In this document: piece by piece, positions 48,991-58,330 of the stretch | Position numbering within the stretch: position 1 is the first letter of the stretch | How the letters are laid out: each line of letters begins with the position of its first letter | From: Methyloligellaceae bacterium | GTDB taxonomy: Bacteria > Pseudomonadota > Alphaproteobacteria > Rhizobiales > Methyloligellaceae | Reading direction: 5' to 3' | Assembly (NCBI GenBank): GCA_965228615.1 | Contig: CBDDHT010000001.1 | Coordinates: forward strand, 242,371 to 306,370 | Length of the DNA: 64,000 nucleotides | Notes under the pieces: generated by a model | Databases searched by the model: none | What the model was told of the DNA's origin: nothing | Seen by the model: only the letters and a program-made list of their open reading frames with translations | Made by a program: the position numbers and the translations under genes

Positions 48991-49291
48991 GAATGCCAGG
49001 GATACAGTGAGCCAGATAGCGGGCAATTCGCGGTAGATGTTTAGAGGTGTCCGGCTGATGGCTCACGGTTGAGGACGGCCGCTTCCCAACCGTACCGGCG
49101 GATATTTCAACCAAGGGCGAGTGCCGGGTAGAAGTGGCTATGATATATGATGCTTAAGCGTATCGGCCGAGGGTTGCGTCGCTGGAGGGGACATCGATGC
49201 TTTTGAGTGAATCGCTAAGCATACTGCAGGGTCGCGTCCGGGCGCCCGATGTCATAGCTGTGAGAGCAAATGCCAAACCATATCGACGGAA

Positions 49292-50752
49292 CTACCGAAC
49301 TTCACAAATCCGGTCACACGCACTCCGACCGAGCCTAGCCAGCCTGCACTGGTTCACGATGCAGCGGCAGCGATCCTTACATGCCGGCGTCGCCGACCCG
49401 GTTCCGTTACACAAGTTGCTATGACACGCCGCCTCGCTCGCAAAGGTGTAGGCCTGGGTCGACACCGAGGAAGACATCCGACCCGCCAAGCTTCTCGGCA
49501 ATGCCCTGTTGCGATCAGCACCAAGCGCGCGTCCGCTGATGCTGCGGGTCAAGGCCTGCGCCTGTTGGGCTTCTGCGAGTTCCTTGGCCAACCGGCCGCG
49601 TTCATTCACAAGCCCGATTAATTCGGTTTGCGTTTCGATCAGCTCCGCCCGATTTTTTGTGTTGTCGATCCTTACCTTGAAGATTGCCGTGGGTAGCTTG
49701 ATGATCGCATCCGCCACCGTCAGCGGTATCTTGACAAATCCGGCTAGCTCACTGCCCTTTTCGATGTCGACGTCGACAAGCGCTCCGGCGTTGAACTTCA
49801 GGACGGTCTTACGCGTAGCGAAGAATGTCCGGTCAACGCCAATCGCGAGAATCGGTGACTTGTTCTCAAGTGGGACGGCTTTTTGTTTGCGTAGGTTCCA
49901 TCTCACCTCACCTTCGTGCATCGGACTGACATACTTTGCGTTGATGTTGCTCTTGACATAGACCATCAGCGTATAGTTGAGCCGCGGGCGATAGAGAATA
50001 CCCAGTGAGGAGTCAACCGGGGAAATCGTTGGCGCGCGTCGATAATATTGTGACGCCAGAATCGCGTTTTCACGCGATCTGCTGGAGGTCCTTTTCGCGC
50101 CGCGATACTTGGCAAGGAAACCCAAGGGATTCTCGCAATATTCGCCGACTTTGAAATAGCCCATGTCGATGACCCAATCGGCTTCTTGCAGGAGCAGGCA
50201 AAAGCCGAGGTCGTTCAGTGAATCATTGAGAACTGCCGTCTCCATTTCGTCGAACGGGTCGAAATCCGCCTTAAAGGGTTGGACGAAGATACCCCCCACT
50301 GCTCTGGTCCGGAAACTCCTGTCTCCGGATAACCCGGCGAAAACGGTTTCCACCAATGTGTTGGCAATCTCCGGCGTCTTGTCCTCGGCGAAGGACGAAA
50401 TCTCCTGGAGGATCCCCTTCGTTTTTCTGACCGTCAATCGCTCATTGTGCACGGGCGACGTTCTGAAATTCAGGCAATAGCCATGGCGCCGGTCCGGTAC
50501 GGCATGGACCTCCACGGCGTTGAGGACCAGGTTTCCTGATGGCTGCTCCCTCGACTCTCCTTCAGGCGGGGTAACTCTAACGCGAATGACACCTTTAGAT
50601 AGAAAATAGGCGCCTGCGTCTTCTCGGCATGAGACTTCTGATCTGAATTCGCTGATCTGTGTGCTGCCGACCATTGCGCACCCTGCCAGCGAAACAACAA
50701 AGCCGGCAGCTACAATCGAGCCCAGACGGGCATGAGTTCCAAGATTCATCAT
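49292..50752 (-). CDS. lipoprotein A1 of unknown family, with 8-Cys C-terminal tail
   Basis: The start MMNLGTHARLGSIVAAGFVVSLAGC (lipobox) gives an ATGA overlap with the B1 stop. Close paralogue of A2. Confidence 0.75.
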   Translation of the reverse strand: MMNLGTHARLGSIVAAGFVVSLAGCAMVGSTQISEFRSEVSCREDAGAYFLSKGVIRVRVTPPEGESREQPSGNLVLNAVEVHAVPDRRHGYCLNFRTSPVHNERLTVRKTKGILQEISSFAEDKTPEIANTLVETVFAGLSGDRSFRTRAVGGIFVQPFKADFDPFDEMETAVLNDSLNDLGFCLLLQEADWVIDMGYFKVGEYCENPLGFLAKYRGAKRTSSRSRENAILASQYYRRAPTISPVDSSLGILYRPRLNYTLMVYVKSNINAKYVSPMHEGEVRWNLRKQKAVPLENKSPILAIGVDRTFFATRKTVLKFNAGALVDVDIEKGSELAGFVKIPLTVADAIIKLPTAIFKVRIDNTKNRAELIETQTELIGLVNERGRLAKELAEAQQAQALTRSISGRALGADRNRALPRSLAGRMSSSVSTQAYTFASEAACHSNLCNGTGSATPACKDRCRCIVNQCRLARLGRSACDRICEVR

Positions 50753-52209
50753 TGGGATGCTCTCTTCGCGAGTTCTGCGACATTGACGCCCGGACAAAGG
50801 AAGTCCGGCTCCGTCTCAACTCTGATCTTGCCGTCCTTGCCAAGACCGGTCGTCCTGATGTTTGCCAGCGGCTGGCTGCTGAACTCAGCTGGCGCAACAT
50901 CAGCCGGCGGGCTTGGAGCCCTGAGAGCTTTCAGGTGGTTGATTTGCGCGGTAATCAGCCTTTGCTGTGTCTCAACGAGTTGGGCCCTGTTCGACGCGCT
51001 GCTGATCCTGAGCTGTAGAATGCGGGTCGGAAGGGCGACGATGCTCTTCACGACGACAAGCGGTATCTTGACTGCCTCCACAACGGGCGCTGTTTTGCGA
51101 ATGCAGACATTCTGCAGAATCCCGCCGATGAAGACGAGATCTGTGCGGCGCTCCGCGAAGTAGGTGCGCGTCAGGCGGACGGCGACGAGTGGCGAAATGT
51201 TCTCAAGCTGGACTTCTTTTTTGATCTTGAGCCGCCACTCATGTCCTGATTTTTTTTTATCCTTCCTTCGGCCGAACACATAGAGCGTGTAGGACATTTC
51301 CGGTCGGTAGAGAATCCCCTTCGGCAACTCCTCCAAAGGCGTCCGATACTCGTCAAGCAACTCGTGGAAAAAGCGACCACCCACGACTGGGGGTGCCTTC
51401 TTAATCGTCATGATGGGCTTGTCACAGTAATCGTCGATGCGCGCACTTTGGAGATCGAAATTGTAGCCACCCAAGACGGCGCAGAACCCGAAATCTCTCA
51501 AGGCCTGGTTTGCTGCGGCGGTTTGATAAGGCTCGAACGGGTCGAACTCGATGTCCAACACCGTTTCATTGTCACCGAACGTCTGCAGGCGGGCGCTGCC
51601 GCTTAAACCGGCGCCAATATCGAACAGGGACTTGACCAGATCCTGGGCAATCTGCGCGCTACGGTCGATCGCTTTGGAGGACACAATGAACAAAAGGTTG
51701 GTCGTCTTGAGCAGACTTGCGTCCGACTTCCCCGGTATGTCGCTCGCGTCCGCCTCCGGAGTTGTAGCTTTGGCGTCCTTACCCGAAAACAATCCCGGCA
51801 ACGTCTCGCGCAATTCGTCCGGAATAGCGAGCGCCTTACGAACGTAGATTGTATCATCCGCCGTGATCGACCCGCGATATCTTAGGCAATAATTGTGAAG
51901 GCGATCCTCTCTGCGAACTTGCTTTATTTCCTGCAGAACGTATTTTTCCTCTCCCTGCTTTTTTATTTTGAATTTCAGCAGTGATTTCGGCAGTGAGTAA
52001 GAGCCTGCATTGGACTTGCAGGCAATCGGAACCGCTTCGGACCCGACAATCCGCTGGTCTGTCCGCATCATGTCGCATCCAAACGAACCGGTTAAGAGAG
52101 CGGCGAACAGGGCTGCCTTGCTGATGGTCTTATTGGTCTGTTTACGCATGACATCTTTGGATCGCGGCGAACACGCTCCTTCAGCCTGCCGTTTGGTGCC
52201 GAGGATCAT
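50749..52209 (-). CDS. lipoprotein B1 of unknown family (distant homologue of A1/A2)
   Basis: ATGA overlap with the P1 stop. Signal ..KAALFAALLTGSFGC. Close paralogue of B2. An internal start at 52149 (MRKQTNK) is possible. Confidence 0.75.
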   Translation of the reverse strand: MILGTKRQAEGACSPRSKDVMRKQTNKTISKAALFAALLTGSFGCDMMRTDQRIVGSEAVPIACKSNAGSYSLPKSLLKFKIKKQGEEKYVLQEIKQVRREDRLHNYCLRYRGSITADDTIYVRKALAIPDELRETLPGLFSGKDAKATTPEADASDIPGKSDASLLKTTNLLFIVSSKAIDRSAQIAQDLVKSLFDIGAGLSGSARLQTFGDNETVLDIEFDPFEPYQTAAANQALRDFGFCAVLGGYNFDLQSARIDDYCDKPIMTIKKAPPVVGGRFFHELLDEYRTPLEELPKGILYRPEMSYTLYVFGRRKDKKKSGHEWRLKIKKEVQLENISPLVAVRLTRTYFAERRTDLVFIGGILQNVCIRKTAPVVEAVKIPLVVVKSIVALPTRILQLRISSASNRAQLVETQQRLITAQINHLKALRAPSPPADVAPAEFSSQPLANIRTTGLGKDGKIRVETEPDFLCPGVNVAELAKRASQ

Positions 52210-53477
52210 TGTTGGGACCCTTGTGTTGGTGTTATCTCTCCGTCGCAGACGCAGTCTGGCTGCTGGCCGTCAACGACGGGGTCTGGCAACGGCGCTACCT
52301 TGTCGAGCCACGCGCGGACCTGCGGCGTGATAACGCTGTAGATGCCACCGGGACCGCACCTTGCGCCGGAGAAGGCACGGGACGTGATTGCGGCGACGTA
52401 ATAGTTGCTGCCGTCATACAGATAAGCCGGACCGCCGCTATCGCCGCGGCACGTGTCGCGCTGGTAGTACCAGTCGTTGAGGATCATTTCTCGTCCCGGG
52501 ACACAATCCACATAGAGCAGTCCGCCATCGTGGCCGTCGCAGAGCTTCGATCCGATCGCAATGGCAGCGTGGAATTTCGGGCGATCGCCGAAACCGCGAT
52601 CGGTACGGGAATTAATCCCATAACCGACAACAGTCAGGGCGTTCGTCGTCCGCGACAGATAAAGTTCAGGTGGAGCCAGAACAGCCGGTTTCACATTCTC
52701 GGGAGCCGGCCGCCGTAAGAACACCACGGCGATGTCGAAGCCGTACCAGAGACGAGACGTCCGGCTGTACTTCTTGCAGAACCTCTGATCGAACAGCTTG
52801 GTCTTCGTCAGGTCGACATCTCGTCCGACTTGGAGGGCCGCGCTCAGTCTTGAAGGAGCGTTTGCGCCGAATATCGCCAGCAAACGGACCCCGGACAGGT
52901 TTTGCCCCCCAAGCAAGTCACACACACAGTGCCCTGCCGTCAGCACGGCTTCTTCATTAACCAGAACGCCTGTGCACGTGCCCATGGCTGTGCCACCCAT
53001 ATAGGGGCGCAGCGCCACGGCGTGCAGAAAGAAGTCATTCTCCGGAGTGATCCGCTCACCTCCGATGACGCGAAGCCCCAGCTCCGCATCCCGAAGGAAG
53101 CTGTCCACATTGCGACGTGCGACCGGATCCCGATCGAAGGGCGATCGCCGCTCCCGCGCGGCGCGGAGCGCGCCTTTGGTCGGCATTCTGGTCTCATCCG
53201 GCCCACGCTTCACATCACCGAAGACGGCGCGGAGGCCGAACCGCAGCCGCGCCATGTAGGCTGCAGGGTCCCGCTCGTCGAAGGAGCCGACATTCTCCCT
53301 GAGCTTCCTGATGGCGTTGGCTTGGCGAGGTTGGTAGCCCGGCACTCTGAACTTGGCCGTCGCCAGTCTTTCTCTGCGCAAAACGATCGACCGGTCCTGA
53401 GCATATGCGACAATCGTATCGGCAAGAGAGACCGTCACGAGCGTGGCCAGGAGCATAATGGAAAGGTGTGTTTTCAT
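52206..53477 (-). CDS. secreted trypsin-like (S1/chymotrypsin-fold) serine protease zymogen P1
   Basis: Start is trimmed to MKTHLSIMLLATLVTVSLA (signal), 1 nt after the A2 stop. Triad LTAGHCV / DIAVVF / GDSGGP. S1-pocket Asp (RDTCRGDSGGP). Activation-type junction LGLR-VIGGE. Confidence 0.85.
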   Translation of the reverse strand: MKTHLSIMLLATLVTVSLADTIVAYAQDRSIVLRRERLATAKFRVPGYQPRQANAIRKLRENVGSFDERDPAAYMARLRFGLRAVFGDVKRGPDETRMPTKGALRAARERRSPFDRDPVARRNVDSFLRDAELGLRVIGGERITPENDFFLHAVALRPYMGGTAMGTCTGVLVNEEAVLTAGHCVCDLLGGQNLSGVRLLAIFGANAPSRLSAALQVGRDVDLTKTKLFDQRFCKKYSRTSRLWYGFDIAVVFLRRPAPENVKPAVLAPPELYLSRTTNALTVVGYGINSRTDRGFGDRPKFHAAIAIGSKLCDGHDGGLLYVDCVPGREMILNDWYYQRDTCRGDSGGPAYLYDGSNYYVAAITSRAFSGARCGPGGIYSVITPQVRAWLDKVAPLPDPVVDGQQPDCVCDGEITPTQGSQQ

Positions 53478-53478
53478 G

Positions 53479-54948
53479 TCACTCTCCGGCCACACAGAAA
53501 CTGTCACAAGCGCCCTGACCGATGCCGTTCGGAATACACTGGGTGAAAATGCATTGGCAGCGACTCTTGCAGGCCGCTGAAGGCGCGCCATTGGCACCAC
53601 ATTCGCTCCTCTGGCACTGCGCCTCAGACGCATAAGTGTACGGATCTGAGGGGGGCGAAAGTGACAAGGACCGGGCCAGGGAGCGCCCGAAGACAAGCGA
53701 GCCGCCAGTGGCGACCAAGCCGCTTGCCGCCGCGGCGGTCACTGCCCGTGCCTGCTGTTCTTTGGCAAGGTCGCTAGCCAGCTTCTGGCGTCCGTGCTCC
53801 AGCTTGATCAGTTCGGTCTGGGCCTTGATCAGTTCGGCGCGATTCTTCGTGTTGTTTACTCTCAGCTGCAGGATCTTCGTCGGCACCTTGATGATGGCGT
53901 CCGCGATCGTCAGCGGAATCTTGATGAAACCAACGAGTTCGCTGTTCTTTTCGATGTCCACATCGACAAGTGCGCCGGCATTGAACCTCAGGACGGTCTT
54001 GCGCTTGGCGAAGAACGTCCGGTCGACTCCGATTGCAAGGATCGGTGACTTGTTTTCCAGCGGAATGGTTTTCTGCTTGCGCAGGTTCCATCGCACCCCG
54101 CCAGGATGCATGGGACTGATATACTGGGCGTCGATGTTGCTCTTGACATAAACCTTCAGGGTATAGGTCAGGCGCGGGCGATAGAGGATGCCTCGACTGG
54201 AGTCGACAACGCCCGCGCCCGGCGTTTCTCTGAAGGTCTGTGATGCCAGAATTGCACGCTCGCGGATCGCCATAGGTGTCAACTTGGCGCCGCCACGCTT
54301 GGCAAGGAACGTCAGGGGATTATCGCAATACGCACCAGGATCGAATCTGCCCAGGTCAATGACCCAATCGGCTTCCCGCAGCATCATGCAAAAGCCGAGG
54401 TCATTCAGTTCGTCATTGAGAAGGGCTGTCTCCGTTGCGTCGAACGGGTCGAAATCCGCCTTGAAGGGTTGCTGGAATTCGCCGGCGGCGACGCGTGATT
54501 TCGCAAGAGCTTCTCCAGGCAAGTCCTTAAAGACCTGGTCCACCAGGGTGCTGAGCGCGTTTGGCGTTTGGTCCTCGGCAAACGACGAAATCTCCTGCAA
54601 CAGGCCCTTCGTCTTCCGGACCGTCAAGCGCTCATCGTGCAGCGGCGATGATCGAAAGTTCAGGCAGTAGCCATGCCGACGGTCCGGAACCGCATGAACA
54701 CTTACCTCCTGGAGGACAGTGTCGCCATTCTCCACGCTGACATCGACGCTAACGACTCCCTTGGACAGGAAATAGGCACCGGCGTCGTCCCGGCACGTCA
54801 CGTCCAACGTAAGATCACCCAACTGGGTGCTGTCCACCATGGAGCAACTCGCCAAGACCGCGGCCAACGGCAGGGCCGTGAGTGCCACCCCGAGATTGAC
54901 GCGAGAACGCGGCCACCACCAACACCGACTAGTCACGGCCCAGCTCAT
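53479..54948 (-). CDS. lipoprotein A2 of unknown family, with 8-Cys C-terminal tail
   Basis: Signal ..LPLAAVLASC. ATGA overlap with the B2 stop. Collinear with A1. Confidence 0.75.
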   Translation of the reverse strand: MSWAVTSRCWWWPRSRVNLGVALTALPLAAVLASCSMVDSTQLGDLTLDVTCRDDAGAYFLSKGVVSVDVSVENGDTVLQEVSVHAVPDRRHGYCLNFRSSPLHDERLTVRKTKGLLQEISSFAEDQTPNALSTLVDQVFKDLPGEALAKSRVAAGEFQQPFKADFDPFDATETALLNDELNDLGFCMMLREADWVIDLGRFDPGAYCDNPLTFLAKRGGAKLTPMAIRERAILASQTFRETPGAGVVDSSRGILYRPRLTYTLKVYVKSNIDAQYISPMHPGGVRWNLRKQKTIPLENKSPILAIGVDRTFFAKRKTVLRFNAGALVDVDIEKNSELVGFIKIPLTIADAIIKVPTKILQLRVNNTKNRAELIKAQTELIKLEHGRQKLASDLAKEQQARAVTAAAASGLVATGGSLVFGRSLARSLSLSPPSDPYTYASEAQCQRSECGANGAPSAACKSRCQCIFTQCIPNGIGQGACDSFCVAGE

Positions 54949-56384
54949 TGCGCCGACTCCTGCTTTTCGGAATCATCCAGCGCCTGTTGAGCCTGCGACA
55001 CGCGCGAGAAATTGGGACAGACAAAGTCTTCCCCGGTCGTGGGTTCCGCCTTAGAGATGGGACTTGCCTGCGGATCGGTGAACGCCACAGGCACAAATTT
55101 GAACTCCGCTGTCTTCTCTGAAACCTCCCGTTTAGTCATGGCATCGAGCTGGGCTTTTTGTTGCCTCAGAACTTCTTGCTGCGCCTTGACGACCTCGGCC
55201 CTGTTTGACGCGCTGTCGATCTTCAGCTGCAGGATGCGGGTGGGCAGAGCGATGATGCTCTTGACCACGACGAGCGGAAGCTTGACTGCTTCGACCAATG
55301 GAGCTGTCTTTTGAATACAGACGTTCTGCAGGACCCCGCCTATGAAGACCAGATCCGTACGACGCTGGGCGAAATAGGTGCGCGTCAAACGCACAGCGAC
55401 AAGCGGCGAGATGTTCTCAAGTTGGACCTCTTCCTTGAGCTTGAGGAGCCACTCATGCTTGGGATCGGTTTTGTCCTCGTCTCGGCCGAAAACATAGAGC
55501 GTGTAGGTCATTTCCGGGCGGTAGAGAATGCCATTCGGCAGCTCCTCCAATGGTGCCCGGTACTCCGCCAGCAATTCCTCATAATGGTGGCCGTCGACGA
55601 TGGGCGGGGCGGTCTTCAACGTCCCCATCGGGTTATTGCAATACTGATCAATGCGCGCCTGGTGCAGATCGAAATTGTAGCCGCCCAGAACCGCACAAAA
55701 TCCAAGATCCGCCAAGGCCTGATTCGCCTCCGCGGTCTGATAGGGTTCAAACGGGTCGAACTCAATCTCCAGAACCGTTTTCCCTGTGTTGACAAAGAGA
55801 GCCCGGGTGCTCCTGCTGAGCCCTGTACCGATATCGAACACCGATTTGACTAGGTTCTGCACGATCTCCGCGCTGCGATCGATGGCCTTCGACGAGACCA
55901 CATGCAAGAGGTTCGTTAGCTGGAGCAGCTCCGCGTCCGGTCTCGTCACCAGCAGCTCGGCGTCGCCCGTCGCGCGTTCCCTCGCTGTCGTCTGTACGGT
56001 CAACGCTGCTTCAACCAGCTCAGATTTGACGGCTTTTGCCTTGCGGACATAGACCGTGTCGTCCGATGTAATGGCGCCACGGTATTGCAGGCAATAGGTA
56101 TGGAGACGGTCCTCCTTCCTGACTTGCTCGATCGCTTGGAGGACGTGCTCCTTCCTTTTGCCCTGACCGGTCATTTCCTTAACCGTGAAGCGGAGGAATG
56201 ATTTCGGTAGCGCATAGGAGCCCGCATTCGACGTGCACGCGATCGGATCAGCTTCTGACCCGATGATCCGCTGCTCGGTCCGCACCATGTCGCAACCGAG
56301 AAGAAAAGTGACGGATACGCCAACTGCAAAGCCGCCGATTTGCATTATGTTGTTGCGCTTGTGCAATTGACTTTCCCTTCCCAC
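54945..56384 (-). CDS. lipoprotein B2 of unknown family
   Basis: Signal MGRESQLHKRNNIMQIGGFAVGVSVTFLLGC (canonical lipobox). Collinear with B1. Confidence 0.75.
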   Translation of the reverse strand: MGRESQLHKRNNIMQIGGFAVGVSVTFLLGCDMVRTEQRIIGSEADPIACTSNAGSYALPKSFLRFTVKEMTGQGKRKEHVLQAIEQVRKEDRLHTYCLQYRGAITSDDTVYVRKAKAVKSELVEAALTVQTTARERATGDAELLVTRPDAELLQLTNLLHVVSSKAIDRSAEIVQNLVKSVFDIGTGLSRSTRALFVNTGKTVLEIEFDPFEPYQTAEANQALADLGFCAVLGGYNFDLHQARIDQYCNNPMGTLKTAPPIVDGHHYEELLAEYRAPLEELPNGILYRPEMTYTLYVFGRDEDKTDPKHEWLLKLKEEVQLENISPLVAVRLTRTYFAQRRTDLVFIGGVLQNVCIQKTAPLVEAVKLPLVVVKSIIALPTRILQLKIDSASNRAEVVKAQQEVLRQQKAQLDAMTKREVSEKTAEFKFVPVAFTDPQASPISKAEPTTGEDFVCPNFSRVSQAQQALDDSEKQESAQ

Positions 56385-56411
56385 TGTTGCGAAACGCCCG
56401 CGCGTGGATCG

Positions 56412-57617
56412 CTATTTCTTGGTGTATTGAGACAATTCCCTGCAGTTCAAATCCATATTTTGTTTCGATTTGAGCACTAACGACATTTTCCGACCATCTG
56501 TTCCGTCTGCTTGACGGCAAGAAAATTCTATACGCAAATACATCAAATGATCCGGGGTGTGTTTTGATGGGTCACCGCCCGCACAGAATTTGTCTCTAAT
56601 TTTCGACAATTTCTCTACTGACGCGCATGAATAGTGATTAACTCTAAAATCCGTATTTTCTTCTTGATCTTGTGGATCACAAATATTTTGAATGATTTTT
56701 GTTGAGTCACAATATAGTTTTTTATTTTTATCTACGTGTGAATTGGTAAAATCACCAAACGACGCTGCGTTGATGGTTAACCATTTTGTGTCAAAGTAAG
56801 CAGAAATATTCTGATCGACCGATTTAAGTTCGTTGAAGAGCGTGCGAACGGCACTTTCACTGGCATAGTCCAAGACGCGACTATAAGTGTCAGAAATCAC
56901 CTTGATGATCTCCGAAGCAGCCGCCAGCGCGATGTAATCCGGGCATTGGTCTATAAAATTCTCATCGATTGCTTTTCGATACTGTCCGTCATTGATGTAT
57001 TTCACCAATATTCCCAGTTTTTCTTCAGCCGCACCAACAAGAGTTCTGAATTGCAGACCCATGTTGACATTCACAAAATCCTTAAATTGGCTCAAGTCAC
57101 CAACGCGGGCGCCACGATTTTTCATATCTTGAGTGGCTTGATCTAGCGCGACAACTTGTCTGCGTCGCGACACAAAATCTGCAACATCTGCGATTGCTTG
57201 TTCCGCTGCTGAAATTTTCTCCATGAGAATCGTTTTGTTTATTACTTCCACAAGAATGCCCGACGGATTCTGGCTGTTGCTGACGGTGCACTTGCCGGCC
57301 AACGCGTTATGACGTTTCATCAGTTGGCCGTTGGCATAGCTTGTTGAAGAGCACGCTGCGAGCGCCGCCAGCAGCAGCATTACCTGAGCCGCCAAGCTGC
57401 GGCAGACGCATGCGGATCTACAGAGAGGGTCGAGTTTCAGTGCAACTAACTTCCAAAACGGCGTCAATCGTGCTGTGAGGCGCCGTCCCGCAGACTGTAT
57501 TGTCGAAACAAGGGTGGGCGGCGAAAGATAAAAATCCTGTTTGCCAACATAGAAATGGCAAGAATAGTTAGTAATAATATGAGCAATACTGCCACGCGTA
57601 CACATAACAAACTCCAA
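56412..57617 (-). CDS. hypothetical secreted/lipoprotein C (AT-rich gene), first gene of the island operon
   Basis: Long ORF in a visibly AT-rich stretch. Internal signal-like segment ..AAQVMLLLAALAACSS (lipobox). The true start could be as far downstream as 57380. The stop lies 27 nt before B2. Confidence 0.5.
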   Translation of the reverse strand: MEFVMCTRGSIAHIITNYSCHFYVGKQDFYLSPPTLVSTIQSAGRRLTARLTPFWKLVALKLDPLCRSACVCRSLAAQVMLLLAALAACSSTSYANGQLMKRHNALAGKCTVSNSQNPSGILVEVINKTILMEKISAAEQAIADVADFVSRRRQVVALDQATQDMKNRGARVGDLSQFKDFVNVNMGLQFRTLVGAAEEKLGILVKYINDGQYRKAIDENFIDQCPDYIALAAASEIIKVISDTYSRVLDYASESAVRTLFNELKSVDQNISAYFDTKWLTINAASFGDFTNSHVDKNKKLYCDSTKIIQNICDPQDQEENTDFRVNHYSCASVEKLSKIRDKFCAGGDPSKHTPDHLMYLRIEFSCRQADGTDGRKMSLVLKSKQNMDLNCRELSQYTKK

Positions 57618-57631
57618 CGCTTGCAGTTTTA

Positions 57632-57656
57632 ATATTTCATTCTATCTATGAAATAT
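57632..57656. promoter_or_regulatory. 9-bp perfect inverted repeat ATATTTCAT-N7-ATGAAATAT
   Basis: Lies 15 nt upstream of the longest possible start of gene C, at the edge of a ~700-bp AT-rich divergent intergenic region. Confidence 0.4.
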
Positions 57657-58330
57657 CACATACTCGAAAGGTGTTTTTATTTGGGCGTAGAAAGCAGTTT
57701 GTGACATGCGTGTTATTATTGCAACTTGTAACCTATAACTAAATGGTATTTCACGTAATTTTCAGACCTTGGATGTTCCGTGAATTAGCTAAAATCATAG
57801 GAATTTCAGTACTTAAAAGGACAGGTTCGTGCTAGTTGTCTCTTGTGCCACAATATTGACATCAGATTTCAAAAATTCCGCACAAATCGCCACTCGTTGT
57901 TGCAAAACAATCTCGAATGACACGTAAAGCAGACATAACGCACTGATTTAGTGCGAATTAATGGAATTTTTGATTGACGGAGAATCCTTGTAAATCTAAG
58001 GAGTGTCAAGCGAAAGCATTCAACCATACATTTCTACAGTCTCGATAACGATAAGACCCCTATGACTCTCAGTAAATTTGTGTGAAACTGCAAATCCAAT
58101 CTGAGGCTCAGCAGATATTTTTCAGGAGATAGGACAGTGCTCTTTCTAATGATGAGGGTGGTAGCGACTGCTGTTCGCCCGATCTTCCGCTGTCAACGTC
58201 TGCCGATAGTCTCGCTGCGAGTTCGAGGAAGCTCTTAATTAAGGCAAGTCTTCAAAGACTTGCGTTTGTAGGCGAGAAAACACGCAGCACGCACTCCGAC
58301 CCATGGCACCGTGAAAACGAGATCAAGCCA

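Noticed and set aside
48540-49291. Search for a direct repeat of the tRNA-Arg 3' end (attL-like) at the far island border
   Set aside because: By eye I found only a 7-nt coincidence (tggtgat..). There is no convincing repeat, so the island border remains defined only by the IS relic.
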